Below are positions 27,265 through 41,384 of a DNA stretch of 64,000 nt, piece after piece. Location of the stretch: assembly GCF_006345805.1 (NCBI RefSeq), contig NC_042998.1:69440001-69504000 (forward strand). Direction: 5' to 3'. Source of the DNA: Octopus sinensis (taxonomy: Eukaryota). A model generated the notes under the pieces. The model had not been told where the DNA came from and did not search any database. It saw only the letters and a program-made list of their open reading frames with translations. The translations under genes were made by a program, and so were the position numbers. The first letter of the stretch is position 1. The number at the start of each line of letters is the position of its first letter.

Positions 27265-28025
27265 AGCACCAGGCAGTGGCTCTCATGGCTTCCTAAGTGA
27301 TTGGAAGTGTTATCATGTACATTGTTTTGTCTTGGTATAAAAGATGGGCTACAGCAAATATTCTGCTCAATACCACATATTTGCAAGTCAGTTGCTTGAC
27401 CATAACCAGTTGAACATGTTCCTTAGTGGCTGACGCTATGTGTATCTCTGATCATGAGCAGAAGTAGTAGGGGAGCATCGTAACCATGTGTTGAGGGGAA
27501 TTCTTTGGGGTTTGAATAATTCACCTCTGGAAACATAGGTTCTTTGTTCAACATCCTTAACCCTTTAGCATTCAGATTATTCTGTCAAATGTAAAGCTTA
27601 TGTATTCACACCATGTAAAATTAATCTTGCATCATTTCATGGCTTTGAGATTTCAATGATGTGATTGTTTATTTTTAAAATGACACAATAAGATAGCTAT
27701 GAATGACCATATCTGACTAGTTTGAACATAAAATAGGTAGAATATTTTGGCCGGATATAGCCGGTTTAAACACTAAAGGGTTAAACAGTCCTTATTCAGG
27801 GACTTCTTGAGCAGGATGGCTTACTCAACCTGAAGAAAATTCAAACTGAGCCCCACCTGCAAGGTCATGCGCTGTTTATCTTGACACGAGATCACCATGT
27901 CATGCATGAATGGTTGTGATGCATGTGCCTGGTGGACCCTTATCAGATGTGTAGTCATGGGTATACTGGGCTTCGTATATTTACCCCAGTGTCACTTTGA
28001 TGACATGCACTGCTCTCTCAATCAA
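27265..28025 (+). repeat. Dispersed repeat family D (deleted copy 28230-28600; 3' part 35590-35830)
   Basis: Three collinear copies ending CACTTTGATGGCATGCACTGCTCTCTCA followed by AAT/CAT repeats. Confidence 0.8.
27561..27780. mobile_element. piggyBac-type MITE inserted at TTAA inside another repeat
   Basis: TTAA|CCCTTTAG...CTAAAGGG|TTAA; host repeat continues on both sides. Confidence 0.85.
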
Positions 28026-28811
28026 TCATCATCATCATTTAACAACTGTTTTCCATGCTGTCATGGGTTGGGCGGTTTGACTGGGGACTGGCAAGTCAGG
28101 AGGCTGCAGCAGGCTCCAATCTGATCTGGCAATGTTTCTACTGGTGGATGCCCTTTCTAATGCCAACCACTCTGAAAGTGTAGTGCATGCTTTTTACAGG
28201 CCACCAGCACAGGAGCCAGTCAGGTGGCACTGGCTACAAGCCACAGCAAACATTCTGTTCAATACCTCAGATTTGTTTATCAGTTGCTTGACCTTAATCA
28301 GTTGAGCATGTCCCTTAGTGGCTGACAATATGTGCATCTCTGATCATGAGCAAAAGTAGTGAGGAAGCATCATAGCCATGTGTTCAGAGGGGTTCTTGGA
28401 GGTTTGAATAATTCAGCCCTGGAAACATGCAAGGTCATGAGCTGTTTATCTTGATATAAGGTCCCATGCCACACACATATAGTTGTGATGCATGTGCCTG
28501 GTGTACCCTTATCAGACAGGGAGTCCTGATAGGTATATTGGACTTTGTATATTATATTACTCTAGTGTCACTTTGATGGCATGTGCTGCTCTCTCACTAA
28601 ATAATGATAAGTTACAAATTTTTGCACAAGGCCAGCAGTTTCAGAGGAAGGGGAGGCAAGTTGAATATATCAACCCCAGTGCATAACTGGTACATATTTT
28701 ATTGACTCTGAAAGGATGACAGGCAAAGTCAGCCTTGGTGGCATTTGAACTCAGAATGTAAAGACATGAAATTCTGCTTAGCATTTTGCGCAGTACTGTC
28801 TTAATGATAAG

Positions 28812-29198
28812 CAAACCTGGGCACCAAACCATTAATCGTTAATTAACAAAGTTAACATTTTCGTTAACAATTTAACTTTTAAGTTAACTTTGGAAATCAT
28901 TATCAGACTAATTAACTTCCGTTACATTAAGCTTCTGTTAACTGAAGTCAACTTGAGTTAACTTCCGTTAATTTCAATTGAATCGAAGTTAACAGGTTTT
29001 ATAGTTTTGGTACTTTTTAGGTGGTTTTAGAGCAAAAACTGGTTTTTTGTTTGTTTTCTATGATAAAAATTAACGTTAATGGTTTATCGATAACCTACAT
29101 TACATTAGAGAATAATTAACTGATTAAAGGTTATCAAAGTTAACTTTTTGATTAACAGTTAACATAGTTAACTTTTCCATTAACCATGCCCACCTTTG
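28812..29198. mobile_element. Probable hAT-like MITE rich in GTTAAC subterminal repeats
   Basis: Ends CAAACCTGGGCA / TGCCCACCTTTG (10/12 inverted match); many GTTAAC/TTAAC motifs inside; no clear TSD. Confidence 0.45.
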
Positions 29199-29323
29199 AT
29201 ACGTAGCAACCAAGTTGCATCCATGAAAACAAATTTCTTACAAGAAATTATCTGTCTTTAAGCAGCTGAAGTCTAAACCTAAAATGACGCCAAAAATGGC
29301 CAGCCTGATGTCATCTTATAGGT

Positions 29324-29574
29324 CAGTGGTTCTTAGCTGGGGTTCATATAACCCCTAAGGGTCCACATAGGATTTTGTTAAAATTTATCTCTAATAAATT
29401 GGTTTTATTTCCACAATACACCAAATATAAAAAAAAATTTTTTATACAATTCCTAATAATATTTAATCATAAAAATATAAAAGGAATTTTAGAAACATTG
29501 AATGACTATAAGGGTCCATCTGAATAAAAGGGGAATCAAAGGGGTCCATAGACAAAAATGTTTAAGGACCATTA
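29324..29574. mobile_element. Degenerate hAT-type MITE
   Basis: CAGTGGTTCTTA left end, TTAAGGACCATTA decayed right end; TSD only partly matching. Confidence 0.5.
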
Positions 29575-30169
29575 CTTTAGTTTGAGTGTTAAGGTTGACC
29601 TCTAGGGTCAACTGTAATGAGTAAATTTCAAGGCAATAATCTTTGTAGACTGGGTACCAAATATATAAATATCTGGTTGCAGAAACCTAGTCTGAATAGG
29701 GCAGCAGAAATCTAAACATGACATCACCTTTAGATACAGTGAAAGGAATTGTTCCATCTCTTACAATATATATGACAAATGTCATCTATGGGGAGCTTTT
29801 TAAGAAGTTTGCTTCCCAACCACATGGGCTCAGTTTCAGCCCCACTATAGATTGAAGCAATTCAATGTTGCTACACGAGATGTCTTTTAAGTGATGCCCT
29901 GTAATCATACATTTCACATGGCTATGTGTGTTGCTATTTTGGAATAACATACCTACACAACACACACATACAAAATATATTTTCATATCTTATCTCTCTT
30001 GACTCAATAAATCAGAACACAAATTTTCTCTCGTATGCATAAATCAAGTCTCAAACATTATCTCCCTTGAATGGAAAACACTCTTGGCCAAGTGTCTTCT
30101 AATATAGTCCCAGTTGACCAAAACTTGCGAGTGAATTTGGTAAACAAAAACCAGTCAGAAACCGTGTGT

Positions 30170-30206
<37 letters not shown>

Positions 30207-32184
30207 GTGTGTATGTGTGCATGCTTGTGTCCCCTGGTCTTGACATGTGATAGTTGTAAATGAGGGTCACTGTCATACAAGTAGTTGCCTTCATTTCCAA
30301 CATTCAGAGAAAACCTGTCTGGCCATGGGTAAGTATTACCTTGCTTGCGAACTGGAAGGGCATCCGACCATAGAAAAATCTCCTTCAAGAAACTCCATCC
30401 AACAGCAAGCATGGAAAAGTGGATGCTAAAATGATGATGGTCACAATAATATATATATAGATGCCATAGACATCTACATATCTGTAGCCACTAAATTTTA
30501 ATTGCTGCAAGTAAAAACTATGGTATTCTGAAAAACACCCGCCTTATCTTACAAAATGGCAAAGATAAAATACTATGAAATTTCAGTAAAAAGACAGACC
30601 ACCAGATTGCAGCATGTAAACCTGAAATTATTCTGTTAAACAAAATATGACAATAATGTTCCAATTATTTCTATAAAAATATCAAATGACTACAATATTG
30701 TACAGAAGTTGGTGGGGGGAGCCTCAGGAATTACATTAACTTATCTGTTGAATAAAAAACAAATCTATTACCGCAGTTAAGGAATGTGTGTAATCATCTC
30801 GTTTGGAATTGGTACAAACTATTAGGAGAGACAAACATTTCTGTTAGGACACTGACAGACACCCTGCCGCAACAATTAGACTCAATTAGAAGCTATTACC
30901 CTCTTTATTTAGTAGTTGTTGGTTCTAATATTGACACAAAGTCTGAATTTGTTACAGTCAACAGCAAGCTTGCTGAGTTAAACTAGAATAACAATATTAA
31001 TATTACTTAATAGTATTGAGTCCTATTTTCTCAATTACAGATAAGAAACTAGGGTTGATGTAATTGAGTAAATTCACAGTGATGATCCAGCATGAATTCC
31101 ATGTAAAAACTATAATTGGGATATAATCAGAATCTAAATTCCAAGTTAAGGGAATTAATTTAAACCATGTTCATTTTCATCTTATCTGATAAGAACTCAC
31201 ATCTCTTAGAACGTAACTTTTGTTATCCTATGCAAAACCGAAAAAGATTTGATGCAATTTTTTTTGTACATATTGTGCATGTCTCTTGTGAGGGTTAGCT
31301 TGTGTGTGTGTATGCGAGGCCAGGAACCACTCTAGGCTCCAGTTGTCTGTCTTGACATGGTCTCTACACCTGGATGCCCTTCCTAACACCAACCACTTAA
31401 GAGAGTGTACTGGGTGCTTTTTATGTATATATACATTCAATGGGCTTCTTTCAGCTTCCATTAACTAAATCTACTCACAAGACTTTGGTTGGCCTGGGGT
31501 TATAGAAGATACTTGCCCAAGGTACCACCTGTGGGACTGAACCTAAAACCAGGGTGTATGAATGTGTGTGTATACGGATGAGCTTGTTCACAGTACGTAC
31601 TTGCATTCAGACATTTGTCAAATGTAGGCTTACAGTAAAAGACCCTTGTCCAAGATGCCACATACTGGGATTGAACTCAGAACCACGTGATTATAAGGTG
31701 AACTTTTGTATATACTTTTACTGAAAGCCTCTAATTGCTCAAGGTGAAATTCTGAAGAGAAGGCCTGTGAAACATAACAAAGAACAACATAAACAGATTG
31801 TGCAGAGGTTGTTAGGAAACCTGATACTACGAATAAGACAAGAGCAGAAGGAGAGAAAGTTCAGCGTCACCACCATCATCAAAATCATCACAACTATCAC
31901 TATCAACAACAATATCATCACTAGCACAACCACCACCACCACCATCATTACTAACAACTACACCCACACTACTACCCTTCCCACTATCATCATCTGTGAC
32001 CACCACCATCAATAATGTCACTGTCTTTCCCCAAAGCCATCATCATAGTCATCAGTCTTAGTCATCATCATCATTCATCAAAAACAACAAGATGTTATAA
32101 AATAAACAACATACCTGCCTTCAGACATAAAATGTAGAAATTCTTTCACAAGTGTGTGTGTGGATATGTATATAGATGTATATA

Positions 32185-32566
32185 GGCATAGGAGTGGCTG
32201 TGTGGTAAGCAGCTTGCTTACCAACCACATGGTCCCAGGATCAGTCCCACTGTGTGGCACCTTGGGCAAGTGTCTTCTACTATAGCCTCAGGCCGACCAA
32301 AGCCTTCTGAGTGGATTTGGTAGACAGAAACTGAAAGAAGCCTGTCGTACGTATATGTTTGTGTGTCTGTCCCCCCAACATCGCTTGACAACCGATGCTG
32401 GTGTGTTTACCTCCCCGTAACTTAGCGGTTCAGCAAAAAGGATTGATAGAATAAGTACTAGACTTACAAAGAATAAGTCCTGGGGTCGATTTGCTGGACT
32501 AAAGGCAGTGCTCCATCATGGCCACAGTCAAATGACTGAAACAAGTAAAAGAGTAAAGAGAGTAAG
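32185..32566 (+). mobile_element. SINE family A, full length
   Basis: Collinear with 13439-13832. Confidence 0.9.
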
Positions 32567-34599
32567 ATGTATACTAGAGTACCTGAACCATCAATAAGGA
32601 CAGAGCTGTTGTTGAAAAAAACTGTACGTGATGAAGAAGGTTGCTAATGAGAGTATGAGAATGTAAATAAAATTGCCAAAATAACAGGAAAATAAGAAAA
32701 TTCTATTTCCCACTTGCCAAAATGTTATACAGATTTGATTATTTAAATATGTACAATATATTTTTGCTAATGATTCCCTCATTATTCTACATTATTTTAT
32801 TTTCTACAATAAATGCTCTGCCTACTTTCACAAGTGTTTTAGATGTATATTCCTATTCCAAATTACCAAGATATATAAGGCAACAAAGCTGGCAGAATCA
32901 TTAGCACATTAGACGAAATGCTTAGCAGTATTTCGCCCATCGCTATGTTCTGAGTTCAAATTCTGCCAAGGTCGACTTTGCCTTTCATCTTTCCAGGGTT
33001 GATAAAATAAGTACCAGTTGAACACTGGGGTCAATTTAATCGCCTCTTCCTCTCACCCAAAATTTCAGGCCTATTAGAAAGGAAAATTACCAAAATATAT
33101 GCATATATACACATGGATTTATGATCTTAGAAATGGGGTTACATACATTTTCTAAAGGTTTTCAAGCTGGAAAGCGGACGTTAAATGATGATGATGATGA
33201 TACCTCCATTATTGGATTTTGATACACCATCATCATTTTGTTTTATTTCTGATTTTGGTATGAGGCCAGAAATATTGAAGGGAGGGGTGAACCTATATCA
33301 ACCCCAGTACATATGACTTTTATTGACCCTGAAAGGACGCTTTCCATCCTAGCATGGGTTGGCCGATTTGATTGAGGACTGACAAACCAGATGGCTGCAC
33401 CAGGCTCCAATCTGATCTGGCAGAGTTTCTACAGCTGGATGCCCTTCCTAATGCCAACCACTCTGAGAGTGTAGTGGGAGCTTTTACATGTCACTGGCAT
33501 GAGGGTCAGTCAGGCGGTACTGGCAACGGCCATGCTCAAATGGTGTTTTGTACACGCCACCTGCACAGGAGCCAGTCCAGCAGCACTAGCAACGACCTCA
33601 CAAGAATGTTTTTTTTTCGCGTGCCACCAGCACAAGTGCCAGTAAGGTAACGCTGTGACACTGGCAACGACCTCACTTGACTGTTTCTTAATAATAATGA
33701 TAATCATGAAATTATTGTGTATAGTGCTCAGGTGCACTACAACTTATTAAAGGTGCACATGCACCTCATTAAAGGTGCACATGCAGGACATAGACTGGAC
33801 TGGGAAGAGCAAACAAACATTGTACTGACTGATAATACAGGCACAGGATTTGTTGTGTGGTAAGAAGCTTGCTTCCAAACCACATGGTTCTGGGTTCAGT
33901 TCCACTGCATGGCACCTTAGGCAAGTGTCTTCTACTATTGCCTCAGGCCAACCAAAGCTTTGTGAGTGGATTTGGTGGATGGAAACTGAAAGAAGCCCAT
34001 CACATATATGCATAAGTATATACCTATGCATGTGTGTGTTTGTCTCCTACCACTGCTTGATAACTGGTGTTGGTATATTTACATCTCCGTAACTTCGTGG
34101 TTCAGCAAAAGAGATTTATAGAATAAGCACCAGGCTTTAAAAAAGTACATACTGCACTCAATCCATTCAAGGGATGCTCCAGCGTGGCCACAGTCTTAAT
34201 GGTTGAAATGAGTAAAAATGCAAAGCAAAAGATGCTTTATGAGAGCAAAATGGCCAACCTTCACCTAACAAGGAGTGCTGGGTCAACATCTGCTACTCAC
34301 AGAGGAATCATCACCTGTACTCCATTCTGGCATGGGTTGGATGGTTTTACAGAATGCCACAGGTCAACAGACAATGTCGAGCTCCATTGTCTCTTTCGAT
34401 ATGATTTCTACAGCTGGATGCCCTTCCTAATGCCAACCACTTTACAGAGTGTACTGGGTGCTTTTTATGTGACACCAGCACCAGTGAGGTTGCCAAGTGG
34501 CTCACAAGACAACATACCCATCCTTGCATTGAAGTGGGTGAAGTATTGAGGAAAATGGCTTATGCCATGTATTGAGAAGCAAAGAGCCATCATGGGAGG

Positions 34600-34900
34600 A
34601 TAGGAACAGTTGCTTTGCTGTAGAGGAGATACATGGCTACCGCAGCTGGAAAAACGAAAAGAAGACTGAGGTGTCGAGTGTCTGTTGTGAACTTGTTGAA
34701 AATAAATCATTGCTAGGCAAGCCAAAAATTGCCAGAATATTGTGCAATAAATGCAGATTCTAAAACTGTGTAAACGGTAAATTTGGTGTGTGCACATTAC
34801 AGGAATATCTACTGCTGAAGCAATGTGTAGACTGGCATTAATTGGTGATATTATACCCATCTTGGTAAAAGTTATGGCGTCTGTATGATAACGATATGGA
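34600..34900 (-). mobile_element. Highly decayed Tc1/mariner transposase fragment
   Basis: TDAITFTK-G, LHLLHNIL and MIYFQQ pieces align with the TDEA.FTRDG / YL.FL.N.L / WFQQDGA motifs across frameshifts. Confidence 0.4.
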
Positions 34901-35391
34901 ATTTCTCGACGGATTAACATGTAACGTAATATCAGATATACTTAGAGACGGAGATAGAATTGTCAAGAACGGTGGTGGTGTTGGCACAAAGCCGTAAAAT
35001 AGAAATATGAGGTCTTATATTTGTAATGAAATGATGGGGAAAACTTTGGTTACTCAAGATTAGCCACGCAATTATTTAACAAAAATCTCCTTGTGGTGCT
35101 TAAAATCTCAAAATATACAATATTCAAGGGAAGTAACTTCTATAAGGGCAGCTGATTGAAAATTTTGTAAGGGTATCTTGGAGTTACCTCCCTTGCTCTT
35201 AGATTTCAAACGTCCCTTGGAGATTTTTACGTATTAAAAAGATAATCTCAGTTTACGCTTATTCTTTTTGTAAGCCTAGTACTTATTCTATCGGTGTCTT
35301 TTGTCGAACCGCTAATGTTATGGGGACGTAAACACACCAACATCGGTTGTCAAGTGATGGTGGGGGACAAATACAGATAAACAAATACATT

Positions 35392-35432
<41 letters not shown>

Positions 35433-37501
35433 CATACACACACATACGACAGGCTTCTTTCAGTTTCTGCCTACCAAATCCACTCAGAAAGCTTTGGTTG
35501 GCCTGAGGCTATTGTAGAAGACACTTGCCCAAGGTACCACACAGTGGGACTGAACCCGGATCCATGTTGTTGGGGAGCAAGCTACTTATTCAAGGACCTT
35601 TTGAGCAGGATGGGTTACTTGACCTGAAGAAAATTTTAACAGGGCCCCACCTGCAAGGTCATCTGCTCTTTATCTTGATATGAGATCACAATGTCGCGCA
35701 CATATGGTTGTGATGCATGTACCTGGTGTACCCTTAGCAGACAAGCAATCATGATGGGTATACTGGGCTTCATATATTTTACCCCAGTGTCACTTTGATG
35801 GCATGCACTCCTCTCTCACTCAATAACAATAATGATAATAATAATTATTTCTTTATTGCCCACAGGGGGCTAAACAGAGGAGACAAACTAGGATAGACAA
35901 AGGGATTATGTCGATTACATCGACCCCAGTGCATTACTGGTATTTATTTAATCGACCCTGAAAAGATGAAAGGCAAAGTCAACGAAATACCGCGAAACAT
36001 TTCGCCCAGCATACCTTATGATAATAATAATGAGAATAATCCTTTGTACTAAAGACATAAGGCCTAAAATTTTCAAGGAAGGGGTTTAGTTGTTTACACG
36101 AACCCCAGTGCTAATTTTATCAACCCTGGAAGAATGAAAAGCAATGTCAACTTTGGCAGCATTTGAACTCTGAACATAAAGAGCTGGAAGAAATGCTGCT
36201 AAGCATTTCATCCAACATGCTAATGATTCTGCCAGCTCACCACCTTAATAACAAAAATAATAATGGTTTCAAATTTTGCCACAAGGGCAGCCATTTTGGG
36301 GGAGGGGATGAGTCATTACATCGACCCCCAGTGTTTCGCATATTCTTAATTTATCAACCCCAAAAAGATGAAAGGCAAAGTAGACCTCGATAGAATTTGA
36401 ACTCAGGATGTAAAGACAGATGAAATGCTACTAAGCATTTTGACTGATGTGTTAACAATTCTGAGAGCTCACTGCCCTAATAATAATAAAAATAATAATA
36501 ATAATTATTATTATTATTATCATCATCATCATCTTAGTGAACTGTTTTCATTCATATTTTACTATGTCTTTCTCATACAATTTTCTTTTTGAAGAACATG
36601 CATTAACAAGGTACCCATTTATCTACTAATGTTTATATCTATTTCTTTTACATGGAGAATTTCCAAACTTCTTTTATCTCCAGATAAAATATCAACAGAA
36701 CGCCCATAATGTTAGCTGCTTTACTATCATATATCAGCATGTTGCTTTTGTTTAATCCATTCTTAGTGGTTCTCTCATTACTACTTCAACAAGTATGCTG
36801 AAGTATATACATCACTAGGGAGGTTTAATAAGATCAAAACATATCCAGATTTGTCTCCCCTACATTCTTTTATTTATTCATTTAAGAAATGGGGCTGCAG
36901 TTATGGTGGGGAACTGTCTTGAAGAGTTTAGTTGAACAAATAAACCCCAGTGCTCTTCTATGTCTCTTTTGCCAAACTGCTAAGTTATGGAAATGTAAAC
37001 AAACCAACACTAGTTGTCAAGCAATGGGGTGGAACAAACACACAACTTACATGATGGCACGGGTTGGACGGTTTGACTGGGGACTGGCAAGCCAGGAGGC
37101 TGCACTAGGCTTCAATCTGATCTGGTAATGTTTCTACAGCTGGATGCCTTTCCTAACGCAAACCACTCCAAGAGCGTAGTGGGTGCTTTTTATGTGTCTC
37201 CAGCATGGGAGCCAGCCAGGTGACACTGGCATCAGCCACATTCGAATGGTGCTTTTTATGTGCCACCAGCACAGGAGCCAGTCGGGGGTGCTGGCATTGA
37301 CCACATTCAGATGGTACTTTTTACATGCTACCGGCACGGGGAGCCAGTCAGTTTCCATCTACAAAAGCCATTCACTTGACTAAGGTGCCGTACAATAAGA
37401 CTGAACCCAAAACACAAGCTCCTTAACCACACAGCCATGCCTGCACTTACAAGTAGAAATAAATTAAAATTATATTAGATTAATATTGTAGTAAATCTTC
37501 C

Positions 37502-37770
37502 TTGCCAACATAACATGGCAGTTCTGGTTTAGGATGAATGTTGCTGTAATTTAGCCCCAGGAGACATCGTCCCCAGCTGGCTATACGATACAATCTGTGT
37601 CCTTATATTTTTGAACAAGGGAATCTAGCACAAAACAATATCTGTGTATCGCGATTTCCAGGTTATTTCTCTTCATCAGCACAGAATAATTGTTCGGCTA
37701 GATGATGTCTCCTGGGGCTAAATTACAGCAACATTCGTCCTAAACCAGGACTGCCATGTTATGTTGGCAA
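37502..37770. mobile_element. MITE-like element with about 67-bp terminal inverted repeats
   Basis: 37502-37568 versus 37704-37770 are reverse complements with 2 mismatches. Confidence 0.7.
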
Positions 37771-37987
37771 ATAAGCTTTACTACAAAGTACTGTTGCTGA
37801 ATATCTCACGTTTTACAAATAGTGATTTTCTAGATTAATATTGTTTTATCTCACCATAGGCTTATTCTTTAAATAGCTGGAGGCTTTTTTTTTAAATGTT
37901 CCTTGTATTAAATATATTACTTCTCCCTTAACTTTTGTTGTCACAATACTCAATGTTGCCTTTTTTTCCCCTTTTATATACTTTCAG

Positions 37988-39134
37988 GTACCTCTTGGCA
38001 CAAGGTGCTGACAGACAAATACTCACAGACAATGGAGAAAGACCACTTGACTTAGTAGAACCCACCGACTTTTCTACGATCAAGGCAATGCTGGAAGATG
38101 TTGCAGCTTCATGTTCTCAAGCAGACAACAGTGACGAGGATGATGATGACAATGACGACGATGATGCTGACGATGATGATGAAGGTGAAGGAAATAGAGG
38201 CAGGCGTCGAAACTACGGTGATGACGAGACCGATGATCATGATGACTATGATCATCATAATGACCATGGTGATCGTGATGAGGAAGATGATGATGATGAT
38301 GATGAGGGTCATCATCGTGGAGGTAAAGAGAACATGCATAGAAATGCTAGACTCCTTGAAGATGAAGATGTCATGGGTGATTTAGAATATGTGTCACCGG
38401 ATGAGGAAGATGAGGAAGAAGAGGAGAATCGCAGACGAAGAAGATTACGGCAATCAGAAAGATCTCGGTCCGGCTCAAAGTCAACGTCTGAACAGGAAGT
38501 CCATTACAGGAGTGAGGAGGATAGATTAGATATGGAGGATTCAGAGCTTGAACAGCGAATGCCCAGACAAAAACATGAACAATTTTATGGCAGCCAGGGA
38601 GAAGAAGAAGTCAGTGATGAGGAACACTTTGAGCTACAAGAAAATTACTATCAGCAGAATCCTGACTTAAACTATGATATTGAAAATGAAAATGGTGAAT
38701 TTAGTGAACCACCAAGAGAGTTTGAAGAGGATTTGTCAGACAGAAGTGGTGATCGTGAATGTAGACAACGTCCTCAGAGACATTACATCGATGGGGGTTC
38801 TGATGATGAGAGGAAAGGGAGGTTTTATTACGACATCGAAGGCGAGGAGTCAGATGAATTAAACAGACATCGTCATCCTGCAGAGCATGATGATCACCAT
38901 CCATGTGATTCAGGGGAAGAACGTTATTATAGAGAGACTAACAAAGACGCAAACAATAACAGCAACAACGAGGATTCTCAGGCAATACAGTACAACTATC
39001 AACAGTGCAGCAGTGAATTTCGAGGTGGCTCAACAGAGAAGGAACAACTCAGTAATATTAGTGAACAGAGTGTAAACGAACATCTACATCTCCCCAAACC
39101 TGGTGAGATTTCTGCTGATGAAATCACAGCCTAA
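37988..39134 (+). CDS. 3' coding exon of an ankyrin-repeat protein phosphatase 1 regulatory subunit (PPP1R27-like), with long Asp/Glu-rich tail
   Basis: Acceptor ctttcag|G at 37987/37988 (phase 2), then YLLAQGADRQILTDNGERPLDLVEPTDF, which resembles the end of the last ankyrin repeat of PPP1R27 (YLISLGAD...DGDLPSDLIDPD). Frame open for 381 codons. AU-rich downstream sequence with AATAAA at 39536-39541. Upstream exons not found; paralogue assignment within the PPP1R12/16/27 family is uncertain. Confidence 0.8.
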
Positions 39135-40339
39135 ACGTTTACCAGTGTTGTATGATTGCGTCTCAAGTGTGTGCGTAAAATGTGGTTGAGTGGACGAGTG
39201 TTTTCAGAACATCGTTTTAATTTAAATGAAATTTTTTATCAAAGATTTTTTTTTAAACAAAAAAAAAGTATACATATTAAAAATGCAATATTGAAAGAAG
39301 AATTATTATGATTGTGTATAAACAGTTCCAGGAAATGCCTCTCTCAAGAGAAAAGAAAAACAATTTTCAGATTGTATTTTCTCTTCTTTTTCTACCATTA
39401 TGTCTATGCAAATGAAGAATAGATTTTTTTAAAAGATTTTCAACAAAAAGAGTCAATATTTAACTGTAAATGGTATCTTTTTTTTTTCACTTTTAATTTA
39501 TTGAAAATGACAGTGATTAAATTTCTATTTCGGATAATAAAGGTTCTATTGATATAGAACAGCCCCTCCTCAATACCATATTTGAACCCTTATGGCCAAA
39601 GAAGGACCGATCAAGAGAGAAAATAATTCTACCAAATAAATATACCCCACCCACTCTCCTTTAAAATAAAACATGAAATAAAACCAGAAACAGTAATGGC
39701 AGCAACATTTTCCATTAAGAATTGTTTGTTATTTTCTCCCTCTTATTTCAATTATTCTCCTTAAAATGTGAACATGAGATGGTTCTCCCTGGATTAAAAA
39801 ATAACCTTTAAAAAAATCTATGAAATAGGTGCAGCTATGGTTGTGTGGTATGAAGTTTACTGCTTGACCACATGGTTCCAGGTTGAGTCCCACTGCATGA
39901 CACCTTGGGCAAGTATCTTCTATCATTACCGCATTATAGCCTTGTGAGTGGATATGGTAGAGGGAAACTGAAAGAGGCTTATCATACATGTGTGTCTGTG
40001 TCTGTTTTTGTCCTCCACCACTGCTTGATGACTGGTATTGGTGTGCTTATGTCCCTATAACTTAGCTGTTTGGAAAAGAGATGGAATAAGCACTAGGCAT
40101 AAAAATATGTCCTGATGTCAATTTATTCACCTAAAAGTTCTTCTAGGCGGTGCTCCAGCATGGCCACAGTCTCCTGACTGAAACCAGGAAAAGATAGGTA
40201 GTGCTGAAAGTATAATCTCAAGAAACAACATCTCTGAAGGCTTTATTCTTATCTCTTCTAATTTGTGAATTGTTATTTTGGATCTTTGAGATTTTCATCA
40301 CTGCATGTTGAAATCAGTAAAAAAAATTTAATGTATATA

Positions 40340-40510
40340 GGCGCAGGAGTGGCTGTGTGGTAAGTAGCTTGTTTACCAACCACATGGTTCCGGGTTCAGT
40401 CCCACTGCATGGCACCTTGGGCAAGTGTCTTCTACTATAGTCTCGGGCCGACCAAAGCCTTGTGAGTGGATTTTGTAGACGGAAACTGAAAGAAGCCTGT
40501 CGTATATATG

Positions 40511-40545
<35 letters not shown>

Positions 40546-40769
40546 ATGTTTGTGTGTCTGTGTTTGTCCCCCTAGCATTGCTTGACAACCGATTCTGGTG
40601 TGTTTATGTCCCCGTTACTTAGCGGTTCGGCAAAAGCGACCGATAGAATAAGTACTGGGCTTACAAAGAATAAGTCCCGGGGTCGATTTGCTCGACTAAA
40701 GGCAGTGCTCCAGCATGGCCGCAGTCAAATGACTGAAACAAGTAAAAGAGTAAAGAGAAAGTAAAGAGT
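40340..40769 (+). mobile_element. SINE family A, full length, young-looking
   Basis: Collinear with 13439-13832; many CpGs retained. Confidence 0.9.
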
Positions 40770-41384
40770 ATCATACAGATGTGATTTCTGATACTGAATC
40801 TGAATTTGTTATTTATTCCAGAAAAATTTTGTGAAAATGTCACAGGTACTCAAAGTTTGATAATTTTCAGAATTTTCACCCAATCAGAAAACGACACATT
40901 TGCTACCTCTTCCATCATTTGTCACAGTAGTGAGAAAGGGTGGAGGCAAAATTTTAAACTAGCTGCAGTAAACATTAAAACACATTCTAGAATAGAATTC
41001 CTACTGTTATGAAAACAAACAATTATAGAACGTGTGCGCATGCACAGCATCGTCGGTTACTATGGAAACAGTTCTTCACAATCAGCCATGGAACATGTGA
41101 TGCTTCTTTGTTTACTATGCTAACAGAATTTCATAGTGATGTGTAAAATATTCGCTTCTGATTGGCTAAAATACCCAACTTTTGCAAAATTTAACAGGTA
41201 ATAACTTTTTAATTATGAATTTATGAGGAAAACAAATTTCATTTTCATAATGAGTATACAACACTTAATCCATATACCAAATTTGAAAACAATTGGAACA
41301 AAACTGTAGACAGTGGCAATAACTACAAAGATCCATTATTTTTCACTTTATGGCAAGAAACAAAACAATTCCAACAACTGACTG

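Noticed and set aside
38098-39075. Met/Ile-rich ORFs overlapping the PPP1R27-like exon
   Set aside because: Off-frame and antisense readings of GAT/GAC repeats.
41056-41165. RFX X-box match GTTACTATGGAAAC with a nearby reverse CCAAT box
   Set aside because: Short motifs with no adjacent exon or start-site evidence; the surroundings look like a dispersed repeat.
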